A model generated the notes under the pieces. The model did not search any database, was not told the DNA's origin, and was given only the letters and a program-made list of their open reading frames with translations. DNA of 64,000 nt from Phaeosaccion multiseriatum. Taxonomy: Eukaryota > Protista > Ochrophyta, other classes. The stretch's first letter is position 1, and each line of letters opens with the position of its first letter. Position numbers and translations under genes: made by a program. Positions 1 through 11,655 of this stretch are shown here, one piece after another. The stretch spans positions 5,890,001 through 5,954,000 of the forward strand of contig OZ218950.1 in NCBI GenBank assembly GCA_965112735.1, in the 5' to 3' direction.

Positions 1-430
1 TCGACGACGTTTGACGACGTTTGAACCCCTCTTTTACCCACTTTGAAGCCCCCTGTTTTGACGCACTTTGACGCCCTTTGACGCCCTTTGATCTTAATTC
101 GCCTTAATTTCGTCTGAAATTCCTTCTCTCTCCTTTTTCCTTTTCACTTTTCACTCAATGCCTCCACTAGAGTGGAGAGAAGCTGCTAACAGGCCCTAGG
201 CCCTCATGCACACAAGTCAATTTGGACCACGGGTACGTCACGCGCACTCCACCCACTTTCAGTTTCAGTTTCTTATACTTGCACGTGTCATCCCTCCACT
301 CGAAGGCGCCAACTTCTCTCAATTGAGGGGATGATATATGATATTGCTATTTTGGTTTCCATTATGAGATATAGTATACGGCTTTCCCATACTTTGACGA
401 GACAGAGATGCCCCTCTTGCTTAAGGTGAC

Positions 431-2387
431 TCACGCCTTCCCATACTTTGCCAGGTATCCCTCATGCGCCCTCTCCAGATTGTCCAGCAACGCGGGCATT
501 AAGTCCTCCGAGGGGAGAAACGTGGTGCGGTAGTGGAAAGTGCCCTCCACCTGTCCGAAGCCCGTCCCGGGTACCAAAATAATGCCCGTCTTTTCGAGTA
601 TCCACATGCAGTAGTGCTCGTCCACCGGTACACCCTCTTCCTTCGCAGCGGCGATGGCCCCTGCCGGCAGATGGAGGCACGGGAAGGCATACATTGAGCC
701 CTGCGAGGGTTGGCACACCACCCCCTCCAATCGGTTGAGGCGCAGGGTGAGCAGTTCGGATTTGCGCTTTAGACTCGACAAAATCTCGTCCCGTTCTTTG
801 AGGTACGTGTGCTGCAAGGGATTGAGTTCCGCCCCTCCTCCTCCTCCTCCTCCTCCTCCTCCTCCTCCTCCTCCTCCTCCTCCTCCTGATCGAGCCTGGT
901 GCCACTCCTCCTGCTGGCGCTTGGACACGGGGGGGTTGACCATGAGCCCGGTGAGGATCTGACCGGGGGTGCTGCTGCAGAGGTTGGTGGACAGCAGCTT
1001 TAGCACCTGTTCGTGGATGGAAGAAGGTACGCCACACAGCTGTTGGGAGGAAGGAAGGAAGGGAGGGAAGGAGGGACAGAGAGGCAGAGAGGGGGGGAGG
1101 GAGGGAGGGAGGGAGGGAGAGAAGGGGGGGGGGTTAGTGGGTGTGGCACGGTTTGATTTGATTGAACATTGATAGCGCGTGCCCCAAGTAGAAAGTTGTG
1201 TGAAGTTTGAGGAGTCGGTCATACAAAAGCGTGAAAGCGTCGACGGTGCCGCCAACCCAAACCACAGTGGCAGTGGTGGACGTGAACGACCCATTCATTC
1301 GGGGCACAGTCAAGCAGACAGCAGCAAGATACGGGAGGGGGCGGGGGGAGGGGCGAGAGACGGAGAGAAGGAGCACCTATCTGTCTCATAGTGGCTGAGT
1401 TCGACTACTCCACTCCACCCCTCTCTCCTCTCGTCTCTTTCAATCATCTCCACGGATCTCCTCTCCCTCTCACCCCCACGCATACCCCCCCCCCACTCCT
1501 CTCCTCTCTCTCTCTCTTCTCCCTCCCTCCACCCCCTCCCACTCCTCTCCTTCTCTCTCTCTCTCTCATCTCCCTCCCTCCACCCCCTCCCACTCCTCTC
1601 CTTCTCTCTCTCTCTCTTCTCCCTCCCTCCACCCCCTCCCGCTCCTCTCCTTCTCTCTCTCTCTCTCATCTCCCTCCCTCCACCCCCTCCCACTCCTCTC
1701 CTTCTCTCTCTCTCTCATCTCCCTCCCTCCACCCCCTCCCTCCCTCCCTCTCTCTCACACACATATCCCTCACCCACCTCCATATACCCCCCGCGGAAAC
1801 CGCACTCCCCGACAAAGCCCTTGCTGGTGCTGTGCAGAGAGGCGAGGGCGAGGCGTGTGTCATCGGCCGATTCGAGGTAGCCGAGGTCCCGGGCCACCTT
1901 CTTGAAACTCACAAAGGGCCTCTCCTCGGGCTGCCAAATGTTCTCCTGGTACACTTCATCGGCCATGAGCAGCTGCGTGTGCGTGTGTGCGTGTGTGTTG
2001 GGGGGGGGGGGGGGGAGGGAAGGGGGGGATTTGTCGTACATGGGCAGGCATATGGGCAGGAGACACACAGGCATATGGGCTGGAGGTGAGTATGGGGAAG
2101 GAGGTGAGTTGGGTAAGGAGGCGGAATGCAGGCATATGGGCGGGAGCTTAGTTGGGAAAGAGAGGAAAGCAAGTCTCGGAGGCATATGGGCAGGGCGGCG
2201 CGAGGGGAGGTTCGGTGGGGAAGAGGGACATCCCCCCAAGAAGGACCACATCCAACCGCTGCACTATCAGCTGCTGCTGCTGCTGCTCGTGCTGTTGCTG
2301 CTGCTCACCAAGTTCTCCTCCGCGCAGAACTCCACTACTCCGCGCATCACGTCTTCCTTCAGCACCTGCCAGAGTTAAGTCATCATC

Positions 2388-2430
<43 letters not shown>

Positions 2431-4344
2431 TGGAGAGAGGGGGGGGGGGGCGGAGAGGGGCGGAACAGCAGTAGGAACACATTAATCGAATGACAACAAA
2501 GTGTGGCATAGTCCGCCCACCCGCCCCCCACCAGCACCAGCACCAGCACCAGCAGCAGTTGGTGATACAGCACCAGCACACACCTGGCCTGTGGGGTTCC
2601 CCGGGTTGATGACAACGAGTCCTCGTACGCACGTGCCCGCGTCGCGCGCCTGCTGCAGAGTCGCTCTGAGGTCGTCTACGGTTACATCCCACTCGGCTTC
2701 TTCGTTGATGAAGTAGTCGGCATTTCGCGCGCCCTTCAGGGTGGCCAGAGCGGAGTACAGCGGGTACTGCAGAGGGGAGAGAGTGATACAGCAGTTGGTG
2801 ATAAAGCATTCGGTTTTTGAGGTTTGAGGTTTGACGGCTTTCCAGTTGGGTGGTGGTGTCACAGCAGTCAGCGGAAAAACTGTATAATACCTCTCCCTCT
2901 GACTCTCCCTCTGACACGTGAAGCCCTCTCAGCGGACACATTCCCCCTGTCTGCAGCTCGCCTATCTCCACCCACACCCCCGCCTGCACGCACACCCGTA
3001 CACCCACCCACCCACCCACCCACCCACTCACCTGTGGAACTGGGGTCATGATGGCGTCGGTGCTGCCTTCGCCCCTCCGGATCAAAACCTCATACAAGGT
3101 GCGCACGCCCAAACTCGCGCCGTTCAGCAAGTATATGTTCTCCGGATCGGCAGGGTATCCGTCTCGCTCGGCGATGAAGTCGGCCACCTCCTGTCGCACG
3201 AGCGGCACACCAGAGGCCGCAGTGTACGCGCCTGCTTGCTCGCCCATGGCACGGAGGTAACTTCGCGCTCGTTCTTGGACGTAGGGGTCTGCCAGAGGGT
3301 TTCCGCCGTCGCTGGCCCCAGCCCCTACCTCTATGTCAAGGAGGTGGGGAGAGACCACTCCAGCCAACACGTCTCGAGGGAAGGTCATGTGACGACCACC
3401 CACGGCGTGAGGGTTTCCAATGTTGCATTTTGTGGTCTTTTCGAAGGAGTAGGGATTAGGTTTACCTGCTCGCTTGGCCGCGGCGATTTCGCTCTCGATA
3501 CGAGTTGCTTCCGCCAGCATTCGACCTCGGACGGCGTCTGATGGAGAGAGGCAAAGGGTGAGGAAAAGGAAGGAACAGCAAGTAGTGTCAGGAGCCTTGT
3601 TTTCCACAGCACGCGCATATACATGGGGCGAGGGGGCGGGGGGAGAGACGAGAGCGCCAGAGAGAGAGAGAGGGGGGGGGGGGGGGCGGTGGAAGAGACA
3701 GAGAGAGGAGAGAGAGGGGGATGGAGATGGGGGGGTTCTGGATGGCTTCATCGACAACGGTCGCTGGTAACTGAAGGACACGGAGGAGGATTTGAAACAC
3801 GGAGCCCGGAATGAGGGTGGAAAGTTGTGGGTCTTCATGTGTATGTACGTGTGTGTATGTGCAGGAGCCTTGAGCGAGAGACGGACGGGGCAAGAAGGGT
3901 GGAGGGGCCCTGTCTGTTCTACTTACACTTGGCATGAACCACTTTGCTGTTGATGTTGTCGATGCTCAAACGGGGGGCCCTGTGCTCCTCAGACTTTGCC
4001 GCAGAAGTGCTGAGGTGCCGGACAGCTGAAGTTGTCTGGCTTTGGCCGCCACCAAAGGGACGGCGCCTTTGCCTATGATCCCGGCCTCCTCGTGGGGCTC
4101 CTGCCACAGAAGCATTGGACCTCGCTGCTGCTCCTGTTTCTCCTGCTGCTCCTCCTCCTCCTCCTGCTGCTGCTGCTGCGACGGATAATTCCGCAACTGG
4201 TGCTGCTGCTGATGGTGCTGCTGCCTCCTCGCCTCTCTCCTTCCCGTCTCCTCCCCCTTCCTTCCTAAGTTGCACTCGCGCTGAAGAGACAGCCCCGCGC
4301 TGCCGAAAGACTCGGAGAGAGGTGCTGCATGCCCTTGACGCCAT
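431..4344 (-). CDS. GPT: Alanine aminotransferase (PLP-dependent class I), spliced, probable mitochondrial presequence
   Basis: Exon peptides (Y)[70 protein letters not shown] (PLP lysine), [29 protein letters not shown] 4344 opens an Arg/Ser-rich leader; stop 431-433; GT-AG introns. Confidence 0.93.
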
Positions 4345-4565
4345 ACGTAGTCCTGCACGATCTGACTGCACTCACTATGTTCGGAAGAGGGGGGGGGTGG
4401 TAGGCAGAGCGGGGCGCGTTTTGGAAAAGGCAGAAAGAGCCTTCGACCAAAAAAAACTGTGACCCGCTACGGAGCACCAACCCTCGGAGAAAGTGTGCTG
4501 AGAATGTGGGAGGTGTATGGGCCTATATATACCCATCCCTGCCAAAATCTCCTCTAGAGCAACGC
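4345..4565. promoter_or_regulatory. Probable bidirectional promoter (221 bp between divergent start codons)
   Basis: ALT ATG at 4344 (-) and UNC-45 ATG at 4566 (+) are head-to-head. Confidence 0.5.
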
Positions 4566-7500
4566 ATGACGGGCTTCGACGGCGACGACGAGGTCGAATA
4601 CCGAGATGCACTGGCCAGGGCCAGCCAGCTGAAGGGGGAGGGCAACGGAGCCTTCACGAGGAAGGAGTATGACCGCGCAGTAGAGAACTACACGGAGGCG
4701 CTGCTCACTCTCGCGGCAGTGGGAGCCGCCAGCAGCAGCGGCAGCGATGAGGCGAGGGCTGTGCTCCTCACCAATAGAGCTGCGGCTTACCTCCAGCAGC
4801 GGGGCAAGGCAGAAGCCGCCGAGGAGGACTGCTCTGCAGCACTTGCCATCGACCCCCATCGGGCCAAGGTAGGTCGAGGAAGACGCAAACGGATGCTATG
4901 AACCTTGCGGCCCACGATGCTGCTGCTGCTGCCTGCCTGCCTGCCTGCCCTGATGCTCCTACACCTCGCTCTCTCACCCGCTTCCTCTACGCCGCTGGCT
5001 GCTCCCACCCAACGCCGCGCACCCACCCTGTGCGCACAGGCTCTCTTCCGGCGCGCGCAGGCTCTGGAAATGCAGGATAAGGAGACGGAGGCGCTCAAGG
5101 ACCTCGGTCGTGTGCTGCAGCAGCACCGCACAGACAAGCCTGCTCTGGCCCTCAGAGAGAAGGTCCGTGCAAAGCTTCTCAAGTTGTTCCACCTTGGGTT
5201 TGGACATGGAGTTGGCCGATAGCTTGCATCTCTCTCAGAGAAGGGGGAGAGGAGGGAGGGGAGAGCGGTGAGAGGTTCCCAAAACCTGAGACCCACACGG
5301 AGCTTTGGCTCTTGTTTTGGTCTGCACCACCCCAAACATCCGCAATCTTCTCTACCCCATCCCTCCTTCTTCACTCGTTCGCGTAGCGGGGCTGTTTCCG
5401 CCCTCCCTGCCTCTTACTGTGTGGGCTATAATCTCTACTCTTCACGCATCAACCCATTCATGCTCCATAGTCATGTCGCTCTTTCGCCTCATCAGATAAT
5501 GCACAAGCTGTTCCTGAAGCAGCAGCAGCAAGAATCCACCAGCGTGGTGGAGGAGTGTCTCAAGAAGATCAAGGAGGACTGTCAATCGCAGGTAGGAGGA
5601 CCGGCCAGAGGGCCAAGCTTGCGCCGTTTCATGCTTGCATTTCGTGTGTGTTTGTGTGTGTTTGCATGTTTGGTTGTTCGCAGATGCTCCGATCTCTCCT
5701 CCTCACCTTCAGCCCCTCTGCTGCGTCCATGGCGTGCACTGCCCCACCCTGAATCCATCCCCCCCTCTCTGCCTCTTAACTCACTCTCTTTACTGTCACG
5801 GACGTAAATGTCAGAACGGCGCGGGTCCTGAAACCGTCAAGTACCTCAAGGGGATGACGTCAGAGGTGGTGGACAAGCCTTGGCTGGCTGGGGAGCTGCT
5901 CCACTCCGACAACGTGCCCGTCTGGCGCCCGCTGCTCGACCTCGAGGGAGGTGACAGTGAGGTGAGTGAGTGAGGAAGGGAGGAAGGGAGGGAGGGAGGA
6001 AGAGAGCTGCCCAAGGCATCGAGGTTGGTTGTCTGGATGACCGTCGGTAGGGGGTGGGGGGGGGGGGGTGGATGGCAGTGGATGGCAAGGATGGCCGGTG
6101 GGTGGGAGGGGGGGGGGCTCCCGTCCTCTAGTCTCTCTCCTCTGTCTGTAATGTTTTCCCCTTCCCTTTGAGGAAGCGGAAGGGAGGAGAACACTTACCT
6201 GACAACGCTGCTGCCCGAGGCATCGAGCCAACCTCCTCCAACCTCCTCCAACCTCTCAACCCAGTGCCCCCCCCCCCCTACTACCATCCCTCCTCCCCGC
6301 TGTATCACCACACGCCGCAGGTGCTGGAGGCAGCGATTCGGCTCTTGGCTATCTGTGTCACGCGCAAGGAGTTTGCCTTGGCGGTTACAGAAAAGCCCCT
6401 GCTGGGCGTGGAGCAAGTGGGTAGCCTCGTCTCGGGGACTGGAGTCAGGGTGGCGGCGTCTGCGCTGACGTGGCTCGTCAACTGCTTGGAGCACGATGAC
6501 GCAGGTTCATGGGATGGAATGGGTTGGGGTGGCAGTGGATGGGAGGAGCGATGTTCGGCTCGGAAGTCTTGTGTCTAGAGGATACATGGGAGGGGAGGGG
6601 TGTGTATGTATGTATGTATGTATGTATGTATGTATGTATGTATGTATGTATGTATGTATGTATGTTATGTATGTATGTGTGTATGTGAGGTGCGAGGGGA
6701 GGGAAGAGAATAGGGGCGACTGTGGTCTGCTCACTCTCGCTTCTCTCTCTCTCCCTCCACTCGCGTGTGTGTGCGTGCGTGTGTGTATGTGCGTGCGTGC
6801 GTGGCAGTGATGGTGGCCGGACACGTGGAGGATGAAGCCATTCTGCTCCAACGCCCCTTGCCCCCAAAGACCAAAGCCAAAGCCAAGAAGGGTAGCGAAG
6901 AAGGGAAGCAGGAGGCGGATGCTGATACTGAGACTGATACTGAGGCGAAGGAGGCAGGGGCAAGTCAGCAGGAGGAGGCGACGGGCCCATTGGAGGCAGT
7001 GTGGACGGAGTGGTACCCGAGAGGCAGGGACGGCGGGGAAAGCGCCTTCCATCCAGTGCCATCTGCGGCGGCGTTTGTGAAGGGTCTACAGCACGAGGAT
7101 AGGGCAGGTGCAGTGCGGCTGAGGGTAGAAGAGTCGGCATATGGGGCAGGCAATGGGAAGTCAGGCACAAGGGCACTTGTACCTTGTACCTCGCTGCCTA
7201 CACCCTGTTCGCCCAGCCCAGTCCCCCCCCCCATACTCCTCTACCTTGCCCATACTCCTCTACCTTGCCCTATCCTTTCCCTATCCACTGCTGTCCTCTT
7301 CTTTGCCGTCTCATCCACTGCCATCCTCTGCTCGCCGTCCCATTTACTGCCATCCCTCCCTCCCTCCCTCTCTCCCTCCCTCCCAGTGCGTGAACTGGCC
7401 ATGGACGGAGTGGTAAAGTGGAGCTCTGAGGCGACAGAGAGTGCCATCCCTGCAGACCCCAAGGAGGCCAGCACGGCGCAGGGCAGGAAGCGCGGTGAGT

Positions 7501-8510
7501 GTGTGTGTGTATGTGTGTGTGAGTGAGTGAGTGAGTGAGTGAGTGAGTGAGGGAGGGCGGAACGCGGTATGGCAATTGACGGCGGCTGATGGAGCGTATC
7601 AGCGGCGCATGAGTTACAGTGGCCTGGGCGTCTGTGCCTGTTTTGTGCGTGCGTGTGCCTGTTTGTGTGTGTCTGTGTGTATATCCTCTTGCCCGCCCGG
7701 CCTCTCTGTCTGTCAGCCTTCCTCCCAGCCTCCCTCCGTCCGTCCGTCCGTCCCTCCCTCTCCATCCACTGCCATCCCCTCCCATTTCTCTGCCAAGCCT
7801 GGCCCACCCTCACACACAACCCCATCATCTTCCGCCACCTCACGGCTCCTGAATGTCCTTGGGCCCCCACTCCCCCCCCCCCCAAAACCTCTCCTCCCCA
7901 ACCCTCACAGCCCACCGCCGGAGATTGGCTCGGTCCTTCCTTGCTCGTGACAAGGCCCTGGCGCTCTTGGGAGGGGAGGGGAGTGCGGGGCTGAAGGCGC
8001 TGTTCGAGTTGGGCGATAGCGAAGCCGGCACGGAGAGGAGGAAGGCAGCGGCCACCATCGGGTGGTTGACCATGCGCGTGGCAGGTGCGTGGGTGCGTGA
8101 GGAGGGGAGGGGGGGGGAGGAGGAGGAGGCTGCCCCCTCTGACTTCAAAGTCTCGCCTCTTTCTAGACTCTCAAATCATGCTTCGCTCTACCCTCCTGCT
8201 GCTGCTGCTGCTGGTGCTGCTGCTGCTGCTGCTGCCTCTGCTGCTGCCTCTGCTGCTGCCTCTGCTGCCGCTGGATCACCAACTGCTCCCACCTGCCCAT
8301 ATGCCTGTCAATATGCCTACCTGGTACCAGGTGCGGTGAACCAGGGCGAGGCCAAGTTACTGGACCAGAGACACCTCCAGGCCATCATGGAGCCCTTCCT
8401 GCGCTTCGGGGACCACAACGCCAAGGAGGACAGGTATGTGCGTGCGTGGGTGTGCGTGGATGTGCGTGTGTGTGTGTGGGTGGGTGGGTGTGGGTGGGTG
8501 TGGGTGGGTG

Positions 8511-8548
<38 letters not shown>

Positions 8549-10945
8549 TACCTGCCTTCCTGCCTGCCTGCCTGCCTGCTTGCCCCATATGCCTACCCAC
8601 ATGACCGCCCATATGCCTGCCTACCGGCCCATATGCCTGCCTGCCGGCCCATTACCCCCTCTTTTAGGAGCCTCTCCCGCCTCTCTGCCGTGACGCGCCG
8701 TGTGGGTCTGGCGGGGGCCCTCGCTGCTGTGGACCCGGAGATGGGGCAATGGAGCCTTTCAAGGGAGGGAGCCATGGAGGAGGTGTGCATACTCGCAGGA
8801 ACAGGAGAGGCGGCAGGTGCGAGGTGGCAGTGGATGGCAGTGGATGGTAGGGGCGAGAAAAGCCCCTCCTCCAGAAAAAGGGTCTCGCTCTTCCTCCTCT
8901 ACAGCCAGAGGCCACGCACATGAACACACACACACTCTGTCTTCCTCTCTCTCTCTCCTTCGTCTCCCTCCCTCCCCCCCCCCCCCCTCTCTCTCTCTCT
9001 CTCCTGACCCTCCTCTCAGGCCAGGAGTGTGCGGGAGAGGCCCTGTGTGCTTTGGCGGGCTTCGACGCAGGCAGAGCACTACTCGGGCCTGCGGTGGAGA
9101 GCGGAGTGCTCTTCACACTCATGGAACAGGTGGAAAGGGGGGCATGGAGCTGCTACGGGAGGATGGGTCTTGGGAGGGTGGGTGGGTGGGTGGGTGGGTG
9201 TGGTAGCAACAGCGGCGATGGGTGGGTGGGTGGGGCAGCAACAGGAGGCGCGGTTTGTGGTTACCTAGGCATCTTCGCATCGTCCCTCTGCCTCTTTTCA
9301 CTTCGCTCAACCTCAACCCCCTCAGCCCCTCTGCCGTAACTGCCCCCCTCTCCATATGACTGACTGCTGCCTCTGTCCCTCTACCGCTCCCTACCTCCAT
9401 ACCTCCCTGTCTCTGCTTTCCCTCTTGCCTTCTTGCAGGGAGCTCCCTCCGCCCGAGCCGCAGCTGCAGCCTGCTACACCAAGCTCGGCCTCATCAGCCA
9501 GGCGATGAAGGTTTGTGGTCTCTATCTGTATCACCAACTGCTGCGGTCTGTGGTGTCGTATATGCTTGGTCTGTAGTGTGTGGTCTGACAGTCAGGCAAT
9601 GAAGGGTTTTGTGTGTGTGTGTGTGTGTTGTGGCCGAGACTGAAGCGAACTCCTCCCTCCCGGAGTGAAGTGTGGAGGAAGGAAAAGCCATGGCGACCCC
9701 GCTCTCTCACCGAACGAATTTTCATGCCTTTGCTGCCTCCCTCCCTCCCTCCCTCCCTCCCCCATCAACTGCCATCAACTGCCATCAACTGCCATCCCCC
9801 CCCAGGGAGACTCGCAGGACATCACCCGTCTGCTCAACGTCTCTCTCGACGTCATCACGCAGCCCTTCCCCACCTCTGCATCCGCCCCCACGCCGTCGCC
9901 ATCTGAAGCAGCACCAGCAAAAAATACATCTGTGAGCCACAGCCACAGTAGTACCAACAAGCCAACGCCCGACCCGGAGCGCGAGCGAGCAGTGGAGGTG
10001 CTTTCCTTCCTTATGATGAAGACTATGTGTAGAGAGGACATCTGTCACGGCTCGAGCAGGTGGGTGTCAGGACAGGGTGGATGAGTGTCAGGACAGACGA
10101 TGGGTGGGTGTCAGGGGAGAGGGTAGGTGGGTGTCAAGAGACGGATGGATGGGTGTCAGGAGAGAGAGGATGGATGGGTGTCAGGACAGAGGATGGATGG
10201 GTGTCAGGACAGAGGATGCATGGGTGTCAGGACAGACGATGGGTGGGTGTCAGGACAGAGGATGGATGGGTGTCAGGACAGAGGATGCATGGGTGTCAGG
10301 ACAGACGATGGGTGGGTGTCAGGACAGAGGGTGAGATGGGTGTGCGTGCGTGAGGTGGGTGAGTATGTCTGAGGGGCACGACTGTTTCTACATAGAGAGG
10401 GAGGGAGGGACAGAGAGAGAGAGGTGGAGGAGGGAAAAAAGAGAGAGAGGGACACACACACAGAGAGAGAGAGAGCGCGAGAGGGGCGGAGGAGAAAGAG
10501 ACTGAGAAAGCTGTCGCTTTGTGCCTCAGGCCTGTCGATGCGGTGTGAAGTGTGCACATTACTCAAGCTAGCCCATCCCCGGCCTCCTCCTCCTCCTCCT
10601 CCTCCTCCTCCTCCTCCTCCTCCTCCTCCTCCTCCTCCACCACCACCACCTTCGCCTCCTCTCCTCCTCCTCTCCTCCTCCTCCTCCTCCTCCTCCTCCT
10701 CCTCCCTTTCCCTTTCCCTTTCATCCTTTATCCCTGTCCCACCCTCACTGTGCACTGTGCGTGCAGATGTAGTGCCGCCATGCTCCCTCGCCTCTGTTCT
10801 ACAGCAGCGAATCTCCCCGGGGGGGGTTCGTCGCCCTTAGCCTACGGCCTTTCTTTCATCTTCTCGGCGCTGAGCATCAGGTGAGTTGAGGCTGGACAGG
10901 AAGGAAGGGGGGAAGGAACGGACGGAGAAAGGAAAAGGAAGGGTG

Positions 10946-10983
<38 letters not shown>

Positions 10984-11593
10984 TGTCTGCTGCCTGCCTG
11001 CCTGCCTCTCCTTTGCTCCGCACCCATCCATTGACCTCCCCTCCCCTGCTCATCCATCCACTGCCATCCGCAGCCAAGAGGAAGCCAAGAAGGAGTCTTT
11101 CAAAGACAAAGACATGACTTATGAACAGTACCAGCAGATGCAGCAGCTCGCGGAGCAACATGGGCAGGCCAAACCACCAGATCCTCTCGATGAGGATAGC
11201 TACGAAGCAGGTAGGTCCTCCTCGTCATGCTGCTGCTGCTGCTTCTCCTCCTCCTCCTCCTCCTCCTCCTCCTCCTCCTCCTCCTCCCCCTCCTCATCCT
11301 TCTCTCCCCCCCTCCTTTTCTCATCCTCCCTTCCTCGTCTCTCGTGTATCTCCTCCCACCCTCCCACTCCAGCTCTGAGGCGCTGCCAGAAGATGGTGCA
11401 GGCGGGTGTCGTGCCGGCGCTCATTAAGCTTGTGGAGGGAGGTGAGTTTTGTGTTAGGCACAGCCCCAACACGAACTTTCAGCCTGCTGAGACCACATAC
11501 GCACCCACCCACCCACCCACCCACCCACCCACCCACCCACGCGTACTCGCAACATGCCCACCCAAACCCACACGCACACACGGACAAACACAA

Positions 11594-11655
<62 letters not shown>

